A stretch of 64,000 nucleotides of DNA, from NCBI GenBank assembly GCA_964016885.1, contig OZ024740.1:385950001-386014000 (forward strand), in the 5' to 3' direction. This DNA is from Eledone cirrhosa (taxonomy: Eukaryota). Under the pieces are notes generated by a model. That model had not been told where the DNA came from. It worked only from the letters and a program-made list of their open reading frames with translations, and did not search any database. Position 1 is the first letter of the stretch; every line of letters starts with the position of its first letter. A program made the position numbers and the translations under genes. Below, piece after piece: positions 40,111 to 51,529 of this stretch.

Positions 40111-41523
40111 TCATCATCATCATCATCATCATCAACGTTTAACGTCCGTGTTCCACGCTTGCATGGGTTTGGACGGGGGTAGTCCCACTTGAGGCAAGAG
40201 TGATTGTCTTGCTCGCATAGGACTGTCTGGCAGGTTTTCTACAGTTGGATGCCCTTCCTAACACCAACCACATTTACAGTGTGGGTCTGGGAGGTTTTTA
40301 CCGTGTTGCCTACACGGCCACATTACAGCGTGGACTGTGTGTTTTTTTGTCGTGACACCTACACGATCTCATTTGTTTCGGCCCGGATGGCGCGGCCCCA
40401 ACATAACTTTACATAGGACGGGGTGGTGTGGATGGGGGGGGGGGGGGACGAGGGGGTGTGGATGGGGGGGGGGGGTGTATTTTGTTAGAGATGCCTACTG
40501 GCAAGGCGGGTCTTCTCTGTTACTGAGTACCGCCAAAGGTCTCGGTCCAGTGACATTGTCTTGGAGAGGTGTAAGTGTGTGAGGTCGGAGTTTATCAGCT
40601 CGTCCCAGGTTTTTCTAGGTCTGCCTATTCCGTGGCTACCGTCTATCTTTATTGCCCTGCACTTTGTTATACAGCTATCGACTTTCATGCACATCACGTG
40701 TCCATACCAACGTAGCCTTCTCTCGAGTAAACAACATCTGATCCCTCTTATCTCTAATTTTTTCCTTAGTTCGTTTATGCTTTGCCGTTCACGTATATTA
40801 CTGTTACACATCCAGCGGAGCATGCAAGCTTCGTTCCTCTCTAGTCTGCGTATATCCTCTGCACACAATGCCCAGGTCTCACTGCCATGCAACATTGCTG
40901 TTCGTATGCAGGCATCGTACAACCTGCCTTTCATTTTTAGGGAGAACCCTTTAGCAGCTAATAGTGGTATAAGCTCTCTGAACTTTTTCCAACCAGTTCT
41001 GACTCTAGCTACAGTACTTTTAGAGCACCCTCCCCCACTGCTGATTTTATCGCCCAGGTAACGGAAGCTGTCCACTATTTCTATAGAACCCTCTGCGCAA
41101 TTGAAAGAGCTAGTATTTTGTGGGCACTTGCTGCTACTTATTGCACCAGAACACCGGCCACATGTAAAATCTATGTTCTTAGTTAGCTTACCTGTGATCC
41201 CACTACATCTTTTATGCACCCATACTTTGCATTTAGGACACAAAATGGAGTTTCTACCTACGCCTTTCCTACACACCGAGCACGACCATTTCCCAGAAGG
41301 GACCGCCGCCTTGTTTTCTTTCCTACAAACTAGAACTTTGGTCTTAGCCAGGTTAATTTTAAGTCCTTTTGACTCTAGGCCGTGCTTCCATGTTTGGAAT
41401 TTCTTCTCTAGCTCGGCCATTGATTCCGCTATGAGTGTCAGGTCGTCTGCGTATAGGAGTTCCCATGGGCAGCCTGTCTTGAACTCCTCTGTTATAGCCT
41501 GAAGGGCAATAATAAATAGTAGG
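40111..41523 (-). mobile_element. RTE LINE, 5'-truncated, intact C-terminal ORF
   Basis: ORF 40485-41420; (CAT)n tail. Confidence 0.92.
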
Positions 41524-41590
41524 ATATATATATATATATATTATAAAATAACAGGAGGGTGGACTGGTGTGAATCCTTAAAAGGTTTATT

Positions 41591-41648
41591 ATACTATGAT
41601 CATTTCAATGACCGGGTTCAGTATGAATCCGATGATATCATCAGGTAT
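41591..41648 (-). ncRNA. Type I hammerhead motif, same family as 4870-4927
   Basis: Minus strand: ATAC-CTGATGA-TAT.C.ATCGG.A.TTCA.TAC.TGAA.C.CCGGT.C.ATT-GAAA-TGATCA-TA-GTAT. Confidence 0.7.
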
Positions 41649-41757
41649 TCAAAATATAACAAAGGAATATAACAGATAAAATCCATTGGGCTGAAAATCA
41701 GAGACAAGAGGATGACCAACTATTTAGCAGCTTCTACCTCAGATATATATATATATT

Positions 41758-44730
41758 ACCATGAATGTAAGCACCTTAAAGGGTCGCTCTAACGAGGTTG
41801 TAGAAATGCTTGAACGTAAGGAGGTCGATGTTTGTTGTATTCAAGAGACCAAGTGGAGGGGTGGGTCTGCTAGATTCATCGTGGGTAAAGAACGATGCTA
41901 TAAGCTTTTCTGGGTGGGAAATGACAATGGGCTGGGTGGAGTAGGAATCATGGTAGCAGAAAAGTGGGCAGATAAGATAATAGACGTAAATAGAGTGAAC
42001 GACAGAATAATTAAAATAAGACTTGTCCTCAATAGAACTATGGTGACAGTAATATCTGCGTACGCACCCTTATCCGGACTGCTCGGCACTATAAAAGACA
42101 GATTCTATGAGACACTGATGCTCACTACCTCCCAAATAACCGACAGTGACTATATAATTATTGCAGGCGACCTAAATGGTCACGTTGGACAACATTGTGA
42201 CGGCTATGACGGAATCCATGGAGGCTATGGGTTTGGTACTAGAAATGAGGAAGGCTCCAGAATCCTGGAATTCTGTGACGCAAATAACCTAACTATCTGT
42301 AACACTAACTTCAAAAAACGAGACAATCACCTGATCACCTATAGATCGGGGGAACACACAAGCCAGGTAGATTATATCCTTACCAGGAGACGTGACAGAG
42401 TGTCTGTTGTAAACACTAAATCCCTTCCCCATGAAGAATGCACGTCTCAACATAGACTCATAATCAGCGACCTCATAGTCAGGACGAGACGTATTCGACA
42501 ACAGAAGAGGACTATCCTCAGGAGAAAAATATGGAAATTAAAGGACCCCACAGCCAGTCATAAATTTAAAAGCATATTACTTGATGTTTTTGATAGTAAG
42601 GAAGAGCAATTAGAGTCGTACAATATAGAGGAACAGTGGGAATTCCTGAAAGCTAACCTGCTGAAGGCGGCAGATGAAACCTGTGGCTGGAGCAGGCCTA
42701 TAGGCAGGAGGAGAGTAACTTGGTGGTGGAACAGTAAGGTGGAGAGGTCAATCAAGGCCAAAAAGCAGGCTTGGAAAGCATGGTGGAATGGGGGAAGTAG
42801 AGAAGACTATCAAGTGGCCAGGAGGGAAGCTAGGAGACAAGTGTACTTCGCAAGAAGGGAAGCAGAGGAAAGAAAGTTCAAGCATGTTCTACAACGCGAG
42901 GACCAAAAACGTGAGGTGTTCAGGATTGCTAGGCAATGTGTCAAGGAAAACAGTGATATTGTCGGGGAGAAGTCTGTCCTAAATGATGATGGTGTACTTG
43001 CCATCACTGACGCTGATAAGAAGGTAGCTTGGAAGTGTCACTACGAAAGGCTACTAAATGAGGAGAATAATTGGGAGAAAGACAGCCTCCCCACATCGAC
43101 CCAATAGAGGGACCAGCAGTGCAAGTTGAAGGTAGTATAATAAGTAAGGCGATCAAAGACATTAGAAAACTAGGTGTTGATAAATGGCTTGTGAGAGCTA
43201 TACAAGCCATGTATAAAGAAACAGCCAGCAAGGTTAGAATTAACAACGAATATAGTGAAGAGTTTAGCGTAAAAGTTGGTGTTCATCAGGGCTCCGTCCT
43301 TAGCCCCCTACTATTTATTATTGCCCTTCAGGCTATAACAGAGGAGTTCAAGACCGGCTGCCCATGGGAACTCCTATATGCAGATGATCTAACGCTCATA
43401 GCTGAATCAATGGCTGAACTAGAGAAGAAATTCCAAACATGGAAGCATGGCCTAGAATCAAAAGGCCTTAAAGTTAACTTGTCTAAGACTAAAGTTCTAG
43501 TTTGTAGGAAGGAAAATAGGGCACCGGTCCCATCTGGGAAATGGCCATGCTCAGTGTGTAGGAAAGGAGTAGGTAGAAACTCCATTTTATGTCCCAAATG
43601 CAAAGTATGGGTACATAAAAGATGTGGTGGGATCACAGGTAAACTATTTAAGAATATAGATTTTATATGTGGCCGGTCCTCTGGTGCAATAAGTAGCAGC
43701 AAGTGCCCACAGAATACTAACTCATTCCATTGCACAGATGGTTCTATAGAAATAGTGGACAGCTTCCGTTACCTGGGTGATAAAATCAGCAGTGGGGGAG
43801 GGTGCTCTGAAAGTACAGTAGCTATAGTCAGAACGGGATGGAAAAAGTTCAAAGAGCTTATACCACTATTGGCCGCTAAAGGGTTCTCTCTAAAAATGAA
43901 AGGCAGGCTGTATGATGCCTGCATACGAACAGCAATGTTACATGGCAGTGAGACCTGGGCATTGTGTGCAGAGGATATACGCAGACTGGAGAGAAACGAA
44001 GCTTGCATTCTCCGCTGGATGTGTAATAGTAACATACGTGAACGGCAAAGCATAAACGTACTAAGGGAGAAATTAGAAATAAGAGGGATCAGATGTTGGT
44101 TACTCGAGAGAAGACTACGTTGGTATGGTCACGTGATGCGCATGAAAGACGACAGCTGTATAAAAAAGTGCAGGGCAATAAAAATAGACGGTAGCCACGG
44201 AGTAGGCAGACCCAGAAAAACCTGGGATGACTTGATAAATTCCAACCTCACACACTTACACCTCTCCAAGACAATGTCACTGGGCCGAGAGCTTTGGCGC
44301 TACACAGTAATAGAGAAGACCGGCCTTACCTAAGTACAAAGTGAAACCTACTACAGTCAGTAGACACCTCTAACAAAATACACCCATCCCGGTCCCACTA
44401 GCCCCACCCCATCCACACCACCCCTTCAATGTAAAGTTATGTTGGTGTCACAACACCCAGCTCGAAACAAATGAGGTCGTGTAGGTGTCACAACAAAAAA
44501 ACACACAGTCCATGCTGTAATGTGGCCGTGTAGGTAACACGGTAAAAACCTCCCAGTTCCACACTGTAAATGTGGTTGGTGTTAGGAAGGGCATCCAGCC
44601 ATAGAAAACCCGCCAGACAGTCCTATGCGAGCAAGACAACCACTCTTGCCTCAAGTGGGAAAACCCCCGTCCAAACCCATGCAAGCGTGGAATATGGACG
44701 TTAAACGATGATGATGATGATGATGATGAT
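41758..44730 (+). mobile_element. RTE LINE with APE domain and an internal deletion of the RT N-terminal core
   Basis: ORF 41761-43107 (NVSTLKG, CCIQETKW, AGDLNGHVG). ORF 43071-44333 jumps from SKAIKD to IRKLGVD, then GVHQGSVLSP and YADD. (ATG)n tail. Confidence 0.92.
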
Positions 44731-44749
44731 ATATATCTATCTATCTAAG

Positions 44750-45010
44750 GCGGGTAAAATTCCCGAGATCCATGGACGAGTTCTCTCCAGCGGTCTCTGT
44801 CCCTCATTATCGCTGCCATATCCTGCATCTCCAACAGACCAGTGTCTGTCCTTAGGGCATCAACATATGTTAACCTTGGTCTTCCTCTTCTAGTGTGTCC
44901 ATGTAGGGGCTCCCAAAGGAGCACTGAGTGCAATGTCAACTCTGGATGTCGGTGAGCATGTCCAGCCAACCTCAATCTCCTCTGTGTCACTTTTGAGCTG
45001 ACTTTTGGGA
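44750..45010 (-). mobile_element. 3' end of another RTE-like LINE family
   Basis: RRLRLAGHAHRH...GRPRLTYVD...DRDRWRELV (ORF 44745-44990). Confidence 0.75.
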
Positions 45011-45465
45011 TATATGATATATATATATATATATGTTAAGTTTAGAAATGTTAAAACACTTATTGAATTTACAAAACTAATAAATAACCTGCAATTTTTT
45101 TTTTTTTTTTTTTTTTAAACCTAAAATATTGATTCTTCACCCTAAAATAGCATAAATTAAATATTTTCAAACATGACCGTTTAACTTTCAGAAAATCTCT
45201 TTCTACATATATTCCCTCTCTCTATATATATTATCTCAGCGGCTCTCACTGACCGCTTTCCCTGACAAATTGTAGTATCATACATTTTAAAATCTCTATA
45301 ACTGTTACATTAAGCAACGTTTTTCTTACTCACACATTCTCTATTGAATTTATTACGTTTTCGCATTTTCTCATTATTAGGATATAAATGTTAAACTTTC
45401 TCTTAGGTTAATCACTACCTTGATTAAATCTTAACCATTTAACATCTCAGGGTATGTCATATATC

Positions 45466-45528
45466 ATTATATTTTGTCTGATGAGGACGTACTGTTGTAC
45501 ATCCGAAATATGTATAATAAAATGTAAT
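45466..45528 (+). ncRNA. Well-formed minimal type I hammerhead ribozyme, sense to the Sidekick-like gene
   Basis: ATTATATTTTGT-CTGATGA-GGA.C.GTAC.TGTT.GTAC.A.TCC-GAAA-TATGTA-TA-ATAAAATGTAAT. 12-bp stem I (with G-U), intact core, self-complementary stem III. Confidence 0.8.
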
Positions 45529-45565
45529 TGATAAAAAGAACATCTATTTTATTAATATTTGTATA

Positions 45566-45609
<44 letters not shown>

Positions 45610-45612
<3 letters not shown>

Positions 45613-45704
45613 TGTCCCAAAATGTATACACACTTCGAAAGCATTCTAATAAATATTGCCTGTACAGGTAATCAAAGTGTGTACACATTTTGGGGGTCAC
45701 CCTG
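45610..45704. mobile_element. Tc1/mariner-type MITE (~95 bp)
   Basis: Imperfect TIRs CAG..CCCAAAATGTATACACACTT / AAGTGTGTACACATTTTGGG..CCCTG; TA flanks. Confidence 0.65.
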
Positions 45705-46794
45705 TATATATAAATGGAAAACTATTCACCATCTTCAGTGAACATCTACGTTATTTGTTATATCAATTAGAAACCACTGTGATAAAAAAAAACTATTTGA
45801 TTTCTTTTTCTACTGTCCTCTCCTATCAAATTGCTGGCCTTGTACCTAACTTAGAAACAAATATTTGATGTAAAGACAAAACCTTTGCCAAGAATTCTTT
45901 ATTGAGAACTTAATTTGCTGTTCTATGATTGATAACCAACTACTGTTTATAGAAGCTTTCCATAATCCAACAGTGTGGTACTGCCTAGCTTATTAACCAA
46001 CACCAACAACAGAGTACATGAATGTGGATGCCTATTGTGAGCAATAAAGTAATTTTGTAATTGCAAACACAATACCTAGAGTGATTCAATTATTTTATTT
46101 GTTAAAACATTCAAAGGAAAGATTCAACTACTCAAGCAATAGTAGAAATTGTGAGTGGTGTGCATGAAAGTGTGTCATGTATGTATGTGCTTGTGCATGC
46201 ATGCACATACATGTATACACAACATGCACACACATATATATACATAATATACTTTTGTACAAGATATTGGCCAACACGTCATTCAATAAATAATGATGCA
46301 ATTAGATTCAAGCACTCAAAAACAAATGCAATTTAGTAGTCCATGATAAAGTATGAGTACAATAACAATAATTGTGAAGGCCAGATGTAGAAATTCATAA
46401 CTCGCTTTCTTCAGAATCTGCTGTAATACATATTTCTGTGGCATTCATCATTACGCAATGCAGCCATCATGTTACCACCAACACGACTTCATCAGACAGC
46501 ATCATAAAGAGGCAGGCTGTGGAAGAAGAAACATGATATCTGTCCCCTTATCTATAACCCCTATTGAAATAGAAATGTTACATAACCTTTTGCTTAAGAT
46601 GTTATCTGATTAAGTTATGTTGGTGGTTGCCTGATGACTGCATTGTGTAATCATCAATGCCACGGAAATATGTATTATGGAAGATTCTAAATAAAATGAG
46701 TTATGAATGTCTACATCTGGCTATAGCAATTATTATTGTGTATATAAAAAATATATATGTATGTATTATTTAACATCTGCTATCCCTGCAAGAA

Positions 46795-49700
46795 ATCATC
46801 ATCACCGTTTTACATCCGTTCTTTCACACTAGCATGGGTTAGACGGGTTGTCCTGTTGTGGGCAGTGTCTGGTCGGCTGACCATGCCTTGCTCATACAGG
46901 AACTGATTTGGCTTCATTTCTACAGTTGGATGCCCTTCCTAACACCAACACTGAGTGCTGGGTGCTTTTTCGTGGCGCCTACACGTCCACTTTACAGTGT
47001 GGGCTGGGTGCTTTTTTGCTGTGGCACCTCCACGACCACCTTGTGGTGGGGGGTGTGAGGGCATATTGTCTATATGCTTCAGCTTGTAGCCATGGGAGGT
47101 TGTGTACTCTGTATTACTGCGTGACGCCAGAAGTCACGGTCGTGTGTCATTGCCTTTGAGAGGTGTAATTGGGTAAGGTCGGCTTTTATCACCTCATCCC
47201 AGGTCATCTTGGGTCTCCCCACTCCGCGGTTTCCATTGACTTCTAGTGCTCTGCACCTTTTTATGCAGCTGTCATCATTCATACGCATCACATGTCCATA
47301 CCAGCGCAACCGCCTCTCCTGCACACAGCATTTGATTCCTCTTATGCTCAGTCTCTCTCTCAATTCATTTATGCTTTGCCGTTCACGTATATTACTGTTA
47401 CACATCCATCGGAGCATGCAGGCTTCGTTTCTCTCTAATCTATGTAAGTCTTCCACCTTCAGCACCCAGGTCTCACTACCATGCAACATTGCTGTTCGGA
47501 TACACGCATCATACAGTCTGCCTTTCATTCTGAGGGAGAAGCCTTTTGCAGCTAGCAGTGGTAGTAGTTCCCTAAACTTCTTCCATCCCGTTCTTACCCT
47601 AGTTATTGTACTTTCTGAACACCCACCTCCGTTGCTAATTCGGTCACTTAGGTAGCAGAAGCTGTCTACTGTTTCTACAGAGCCCTCCCAGAGATTGGTG
47701 GTACTTGTTTCCTGTGGCTGTTTGCTGCTTGCTGTCTCAGCACAGCTGCTGCATGTGAAGCCTACATTCTTAATTAAGGTTCCTGAGATCCCGCTACATC
47801 TCTTGTGTACCCATTGTTTGCATTTGGGGCAGAGAATGGAGTTCCTACCTACACCTTTCCTACATACTGAGCAAGGCCATTTCCCTGAGGGGATCTGGGT
47901 TCTGTTTTCTCGTCTACTTACAAGGACCTTAGTCTTTGTCATGTTGACTTTGAGACCCTTTCTTTCTAGTCCCTGCTTCCAAGTTTGGAATTTCTTCTCT
48001 AGTTCTACCATAGATTCAGCTATGAGTGCGAGGTCATCAGCATACAGGAGTTCCCATGGGCATCCGGTCTTAAACTCCTCCGTTATTGCCTGCAGGACTA
48101 TGATGAACAGGAGGGGGCTAAGAACAGAGCCCTGGTGGACCCCAACCTGTACGCTAAATTCCTCGCTATACTCATTGCTAATCCTAACTTTGCTGACTGC
48201 TCCCCTATACATGGCTTGTACCGCTTTCACAAGCCATTCATCTACTCCTAGTTTTCTAAGAGCCCACCAGATTACAGCACGTGGAACTCTGTCAAAGGCT
48301 TTCTCAAGGTCGACAAATGCCAAGTAGAGTGGCTTACTTTTAGCTAGGTATTTTTCCTGTAATTGCCTCACAAGGAAGAGGGCATCAGTGGTGCCTCTTC
48401 CTGGTACAAACCCAAATTGCATCTCGTCTATTTTTACCCGGTCCCTAATCAACTGTGCTATAACTCTTTCTGTTACTTTCATGACCTGGTCCATCAACTT
48501 TATACCTCTATAGTTTCCTCTATCTAGTGCATCGCCTTTACCTTTGTAGCAGTTGACAATGATGCTACTGCACCAACCTTTTGGTATGGCACCTTCTCGT
48601 ATTACCTGGTTAACAATACGTGTGGTTATAGTGTGACCTACAGACCCAGATGCCTTCAGCATCTCGGCAGCTATACCCGATGGACCGGTTGCCTTCCCCA
48701 TCTTCATATCTTTGATTGCCTTACTTACTACGCTGCTGCTGACTTGTACTGCTGGTCCCTCTATAGGGTCTACTTGGGGTAGGGTCTCTTCTTCCCATGC
48801 ATTCTCCTCATTTAGTAATCTATCATAATGACTCTTCCATGCATCTTTCTTCTCAGCACTTGTGAGGGCAAGCTCACCTTTATCATTCCGGATACACTTC
48901 TCTCCAATGACATCACAACTATCTCTGACACACTGCCTCGCAATCTTGAATACCTCCTGTTTCTGGTCCTCACGTTGCAAAACATGCTTGAATTTTCTAT
49001 CCTCTGCTTCCCTCCTAGCTAAGTATACTTGTCGCCTAGCTTCTCTCTTGGTCTCTATGTAATGTACCCTGCTCCCCCCGTTCTTCCATTCTTTCCATGC
49101 CTGTTTCTTGGCCTTAACTGCTTCATCTACCTTATTGTTCCACCACCAAGTCACTCTCCTCCTGCTTGAGGTCTTACTCCAGCCACAGACCTCATCCGTC
49201 GCCTCTAGTAAATTATTTTTTTAGGAACTCCCAGTTCTCTTCTACATTAAATGTCTTTATCTGTTCTTCTTTACTGCCGTAGGCGTTGAGTAAAATATCA
49301 TTGAGGGGACTTTCAGCTTCCAGATCTTTCTTCTCCAGGTTGGCCTCTGTTTCCGGGTTCGTCTAGTTCTGACCGTGAGGTCGCTGACAACTAAGCTATG
49401 TTGGGATGTACATTCCTCACTAGGGAAGGCTTTTGTGTTTACGACCGTCCATCTGTCACGTCCTCTGATGAGGATAAAATCTAACTGACTAGAGTGCTCC
49501 CCTGATCTATAGGTGATCAGGTGGTTGTCGGGTTTTTTAAAGTTTGTGTTACATATCGACATGTCATTGGCGTCACAGAATTCTAGAAGTCTGAATCCTT
49601 CCTCATTCCTTGTGCCAACCCCATGGCCTCCATGTACTCTATTGAAGCCGTCGCAGTGTTTACCTACGTGTCCGTTAAAATCTCCTGCGATGATTAGGAA

Positions 49701-50505
49701 GTCATTGTCGTCTGTTAGAGCAGTAGTGTGCATTAAGGACTCGTAAAACTTATCCTTAAGTTCGTCTGGCAGCCCCGATTGGGGTGCGTAAGCTGATATT
49801 ATTGTGGTAATTGTTTTATTCAGGACTAGTCTGAGTTTAATGATTCTTGCATTTACCCTGTACACTGAGATTACTTTATCTACCCACTTGTCAGCTAGTA
49901 GTATACCTACACCACCCATCCCATCGTCATCTCCCACCCAGAAAAATTTGTAGCACCGACTTTTTCCTACGAGGACTCTGGCAGACTCTCCTCTCCATCT
50001 AGTCTCTTGCACACAGCATACATCAATTTCCTTTCGCTCTAGAATTTCTACGATTTCTCCTGCTCTTCCTTTCATTGAGCCTACATTGATGGCACCAACT
50101 CGGAGTTTTGGGCATTTGTCGACACTCGTAGGGAAGGGTCTCTGGGTTAGCGCTTCACGTGGGTGCTTGGTAGCTCGCAGATTCATATTTCATCTATTGA
50201 TTCAGAGTTGCTCAAATTTATTCTCAGCTCGTCCATCCATAACGGTGGGAAAATTGAGGGCTAGAAGAACAGTGGTGGTGGGATAATGGCAGGGTGTGTT
50301 GGGCTGTGACAGGGGGGGAGAGAGTTAGTTAGGTAGTAGTAGTAGTAGCAGCAGCAGCCGTAGAAATGGCATGCTGAGGTTTGATTGGTCGAATAGGCTA
50401 TGGCGGTGTGAGGGGGTGGGAGGGAGAGAAATTGTGAGGTAGGCACTGAGAGTCGCCTTCAAGACCGCATGGTAAATCCGAAATAATACAGCAGATATAA
50501 TACAG

Positions 50506-50508
<3 letters not shown>
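46795..50508 (-). mobile_element. Near full-length RTE LINE (5' UTR, APE, RT, PHD-like finger, tail), frameshifted near 49200-49300
   Basis: ORF 49257-50186 is the APE. ORF 47079-49154 (691 aa) has NYRGIKL, QFGFVPGRGT, FVDLEKAFD, GVHQGSVLSP and YADD. Confidence 0.95.
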
Positions 50509-50546
<38 letters not shown>

Positions 50547-50694
50547 TCTCGGGTCCCAAATAATAGGGGGTGGGGGTGGAATAAATGGGGGTAGGGAATC
50601 GGTAATTTTTCTAGATTGTTTCAATTGAGGGTTGGAAAAAATCTGAAAAATTAACAAGCTGGTGGGGACGATTATTCGAAACTCAAGTGTGTAT

Positions 50695-50935
50695 ATATCA
50701 TCATCATTTTATGTCCACTTTACAGTGTGGGCTGGGTGCTTTTTTGCTGTGGCACCGCCACGACCACTTTGCAGTGGAATGATAGGGACCCCAGGCCTAT
50801 CATATCATTTCAACAGCTGAGTAAACTGGAGCAATGTGAAATAAAGTGTCTTGCTCAAGGAAACAACACATCACCCGGTCTGAGAATTGAACTCACAACC
50901 TTCAATTCTCAGACCGGGTGATGTGTTGTTTCCTT
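50695..50935 (-). mobile_element. SINE copy whose 5' end is replaced by a 35-bp fold-back
   Basis: Same family as 22571; 50857-50891 is the reverse complement of 50901-50935. Confidence 0.8.
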
Positions 50936-51151
50936 ATGATGTGTATATATATATATATTTAGAGTAATGTCCAGCACTCGGTGCGTAGTTTCCAGTAAGT
51001 ATAGACGTGTAGTACTAAGCAGAGTGTAATACTACTAATAAAAAAAGACGATTTGTTTATTGAGTAGTGACGTGTGTTTTGCTATTGATCAGCTCAAGGT
51101 TCAATCTGTATCAGTCTGACCCAACTCTGGAATCAAAAGCTCATCATATAT

Positions 51152-51345
51152 TCATTTTATTAAGGCTACAGTATTATTACTCTGGAGTTTCACCTGCTTC
51201 TCATTGGGTCATCAGACAATTTATTGTTTGATGATCCTATGATGAGAAACAGGCAAACTCCAGAGTAACAAGACTCACTATTTAGCCTTAATAAAATGAT
51301 TATTTAAATGCTACTTCAGTATTGAGTACTCTTTTCTCTGTCATC
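51152..51345. mobile_element. Head-to-head pair of degenerate hammerhead repeats plus tail
   Basis: Minus arm ATTGT-CTGATGA...GAAA-CTCCAGAG-TA-ATAAT. Plus arm TTGT-TTGATGA...CAAA-CTCCAGAG-TA-ACAA. Outer arms TCATTTTATTAAGGCTA / TAGCCTTAATAAAATGA. Confidence 0.6.
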
Positions 51346-51392
51346 TATTACATATGGATATGTATATATATATGTGTGTGTATGTATGTATG

Positions 51393-51438
<46 letters not shown>

Positions 51439-51529
51439 CATGTATATATAGTGGGCTCCGTAAGCCATAGTGAAGGCAACCCATCTAGGAGGACAGTAAC
51501 TCGGATTAAAGACTACTGCTTGGGGTAGA

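Noticed and set aside
40561-41502. Long ORFs antisense to RTE ORF2 (also 9259-9984, 47209-48327)
   Set aside because: Shadow frames of the LINE coding strand.
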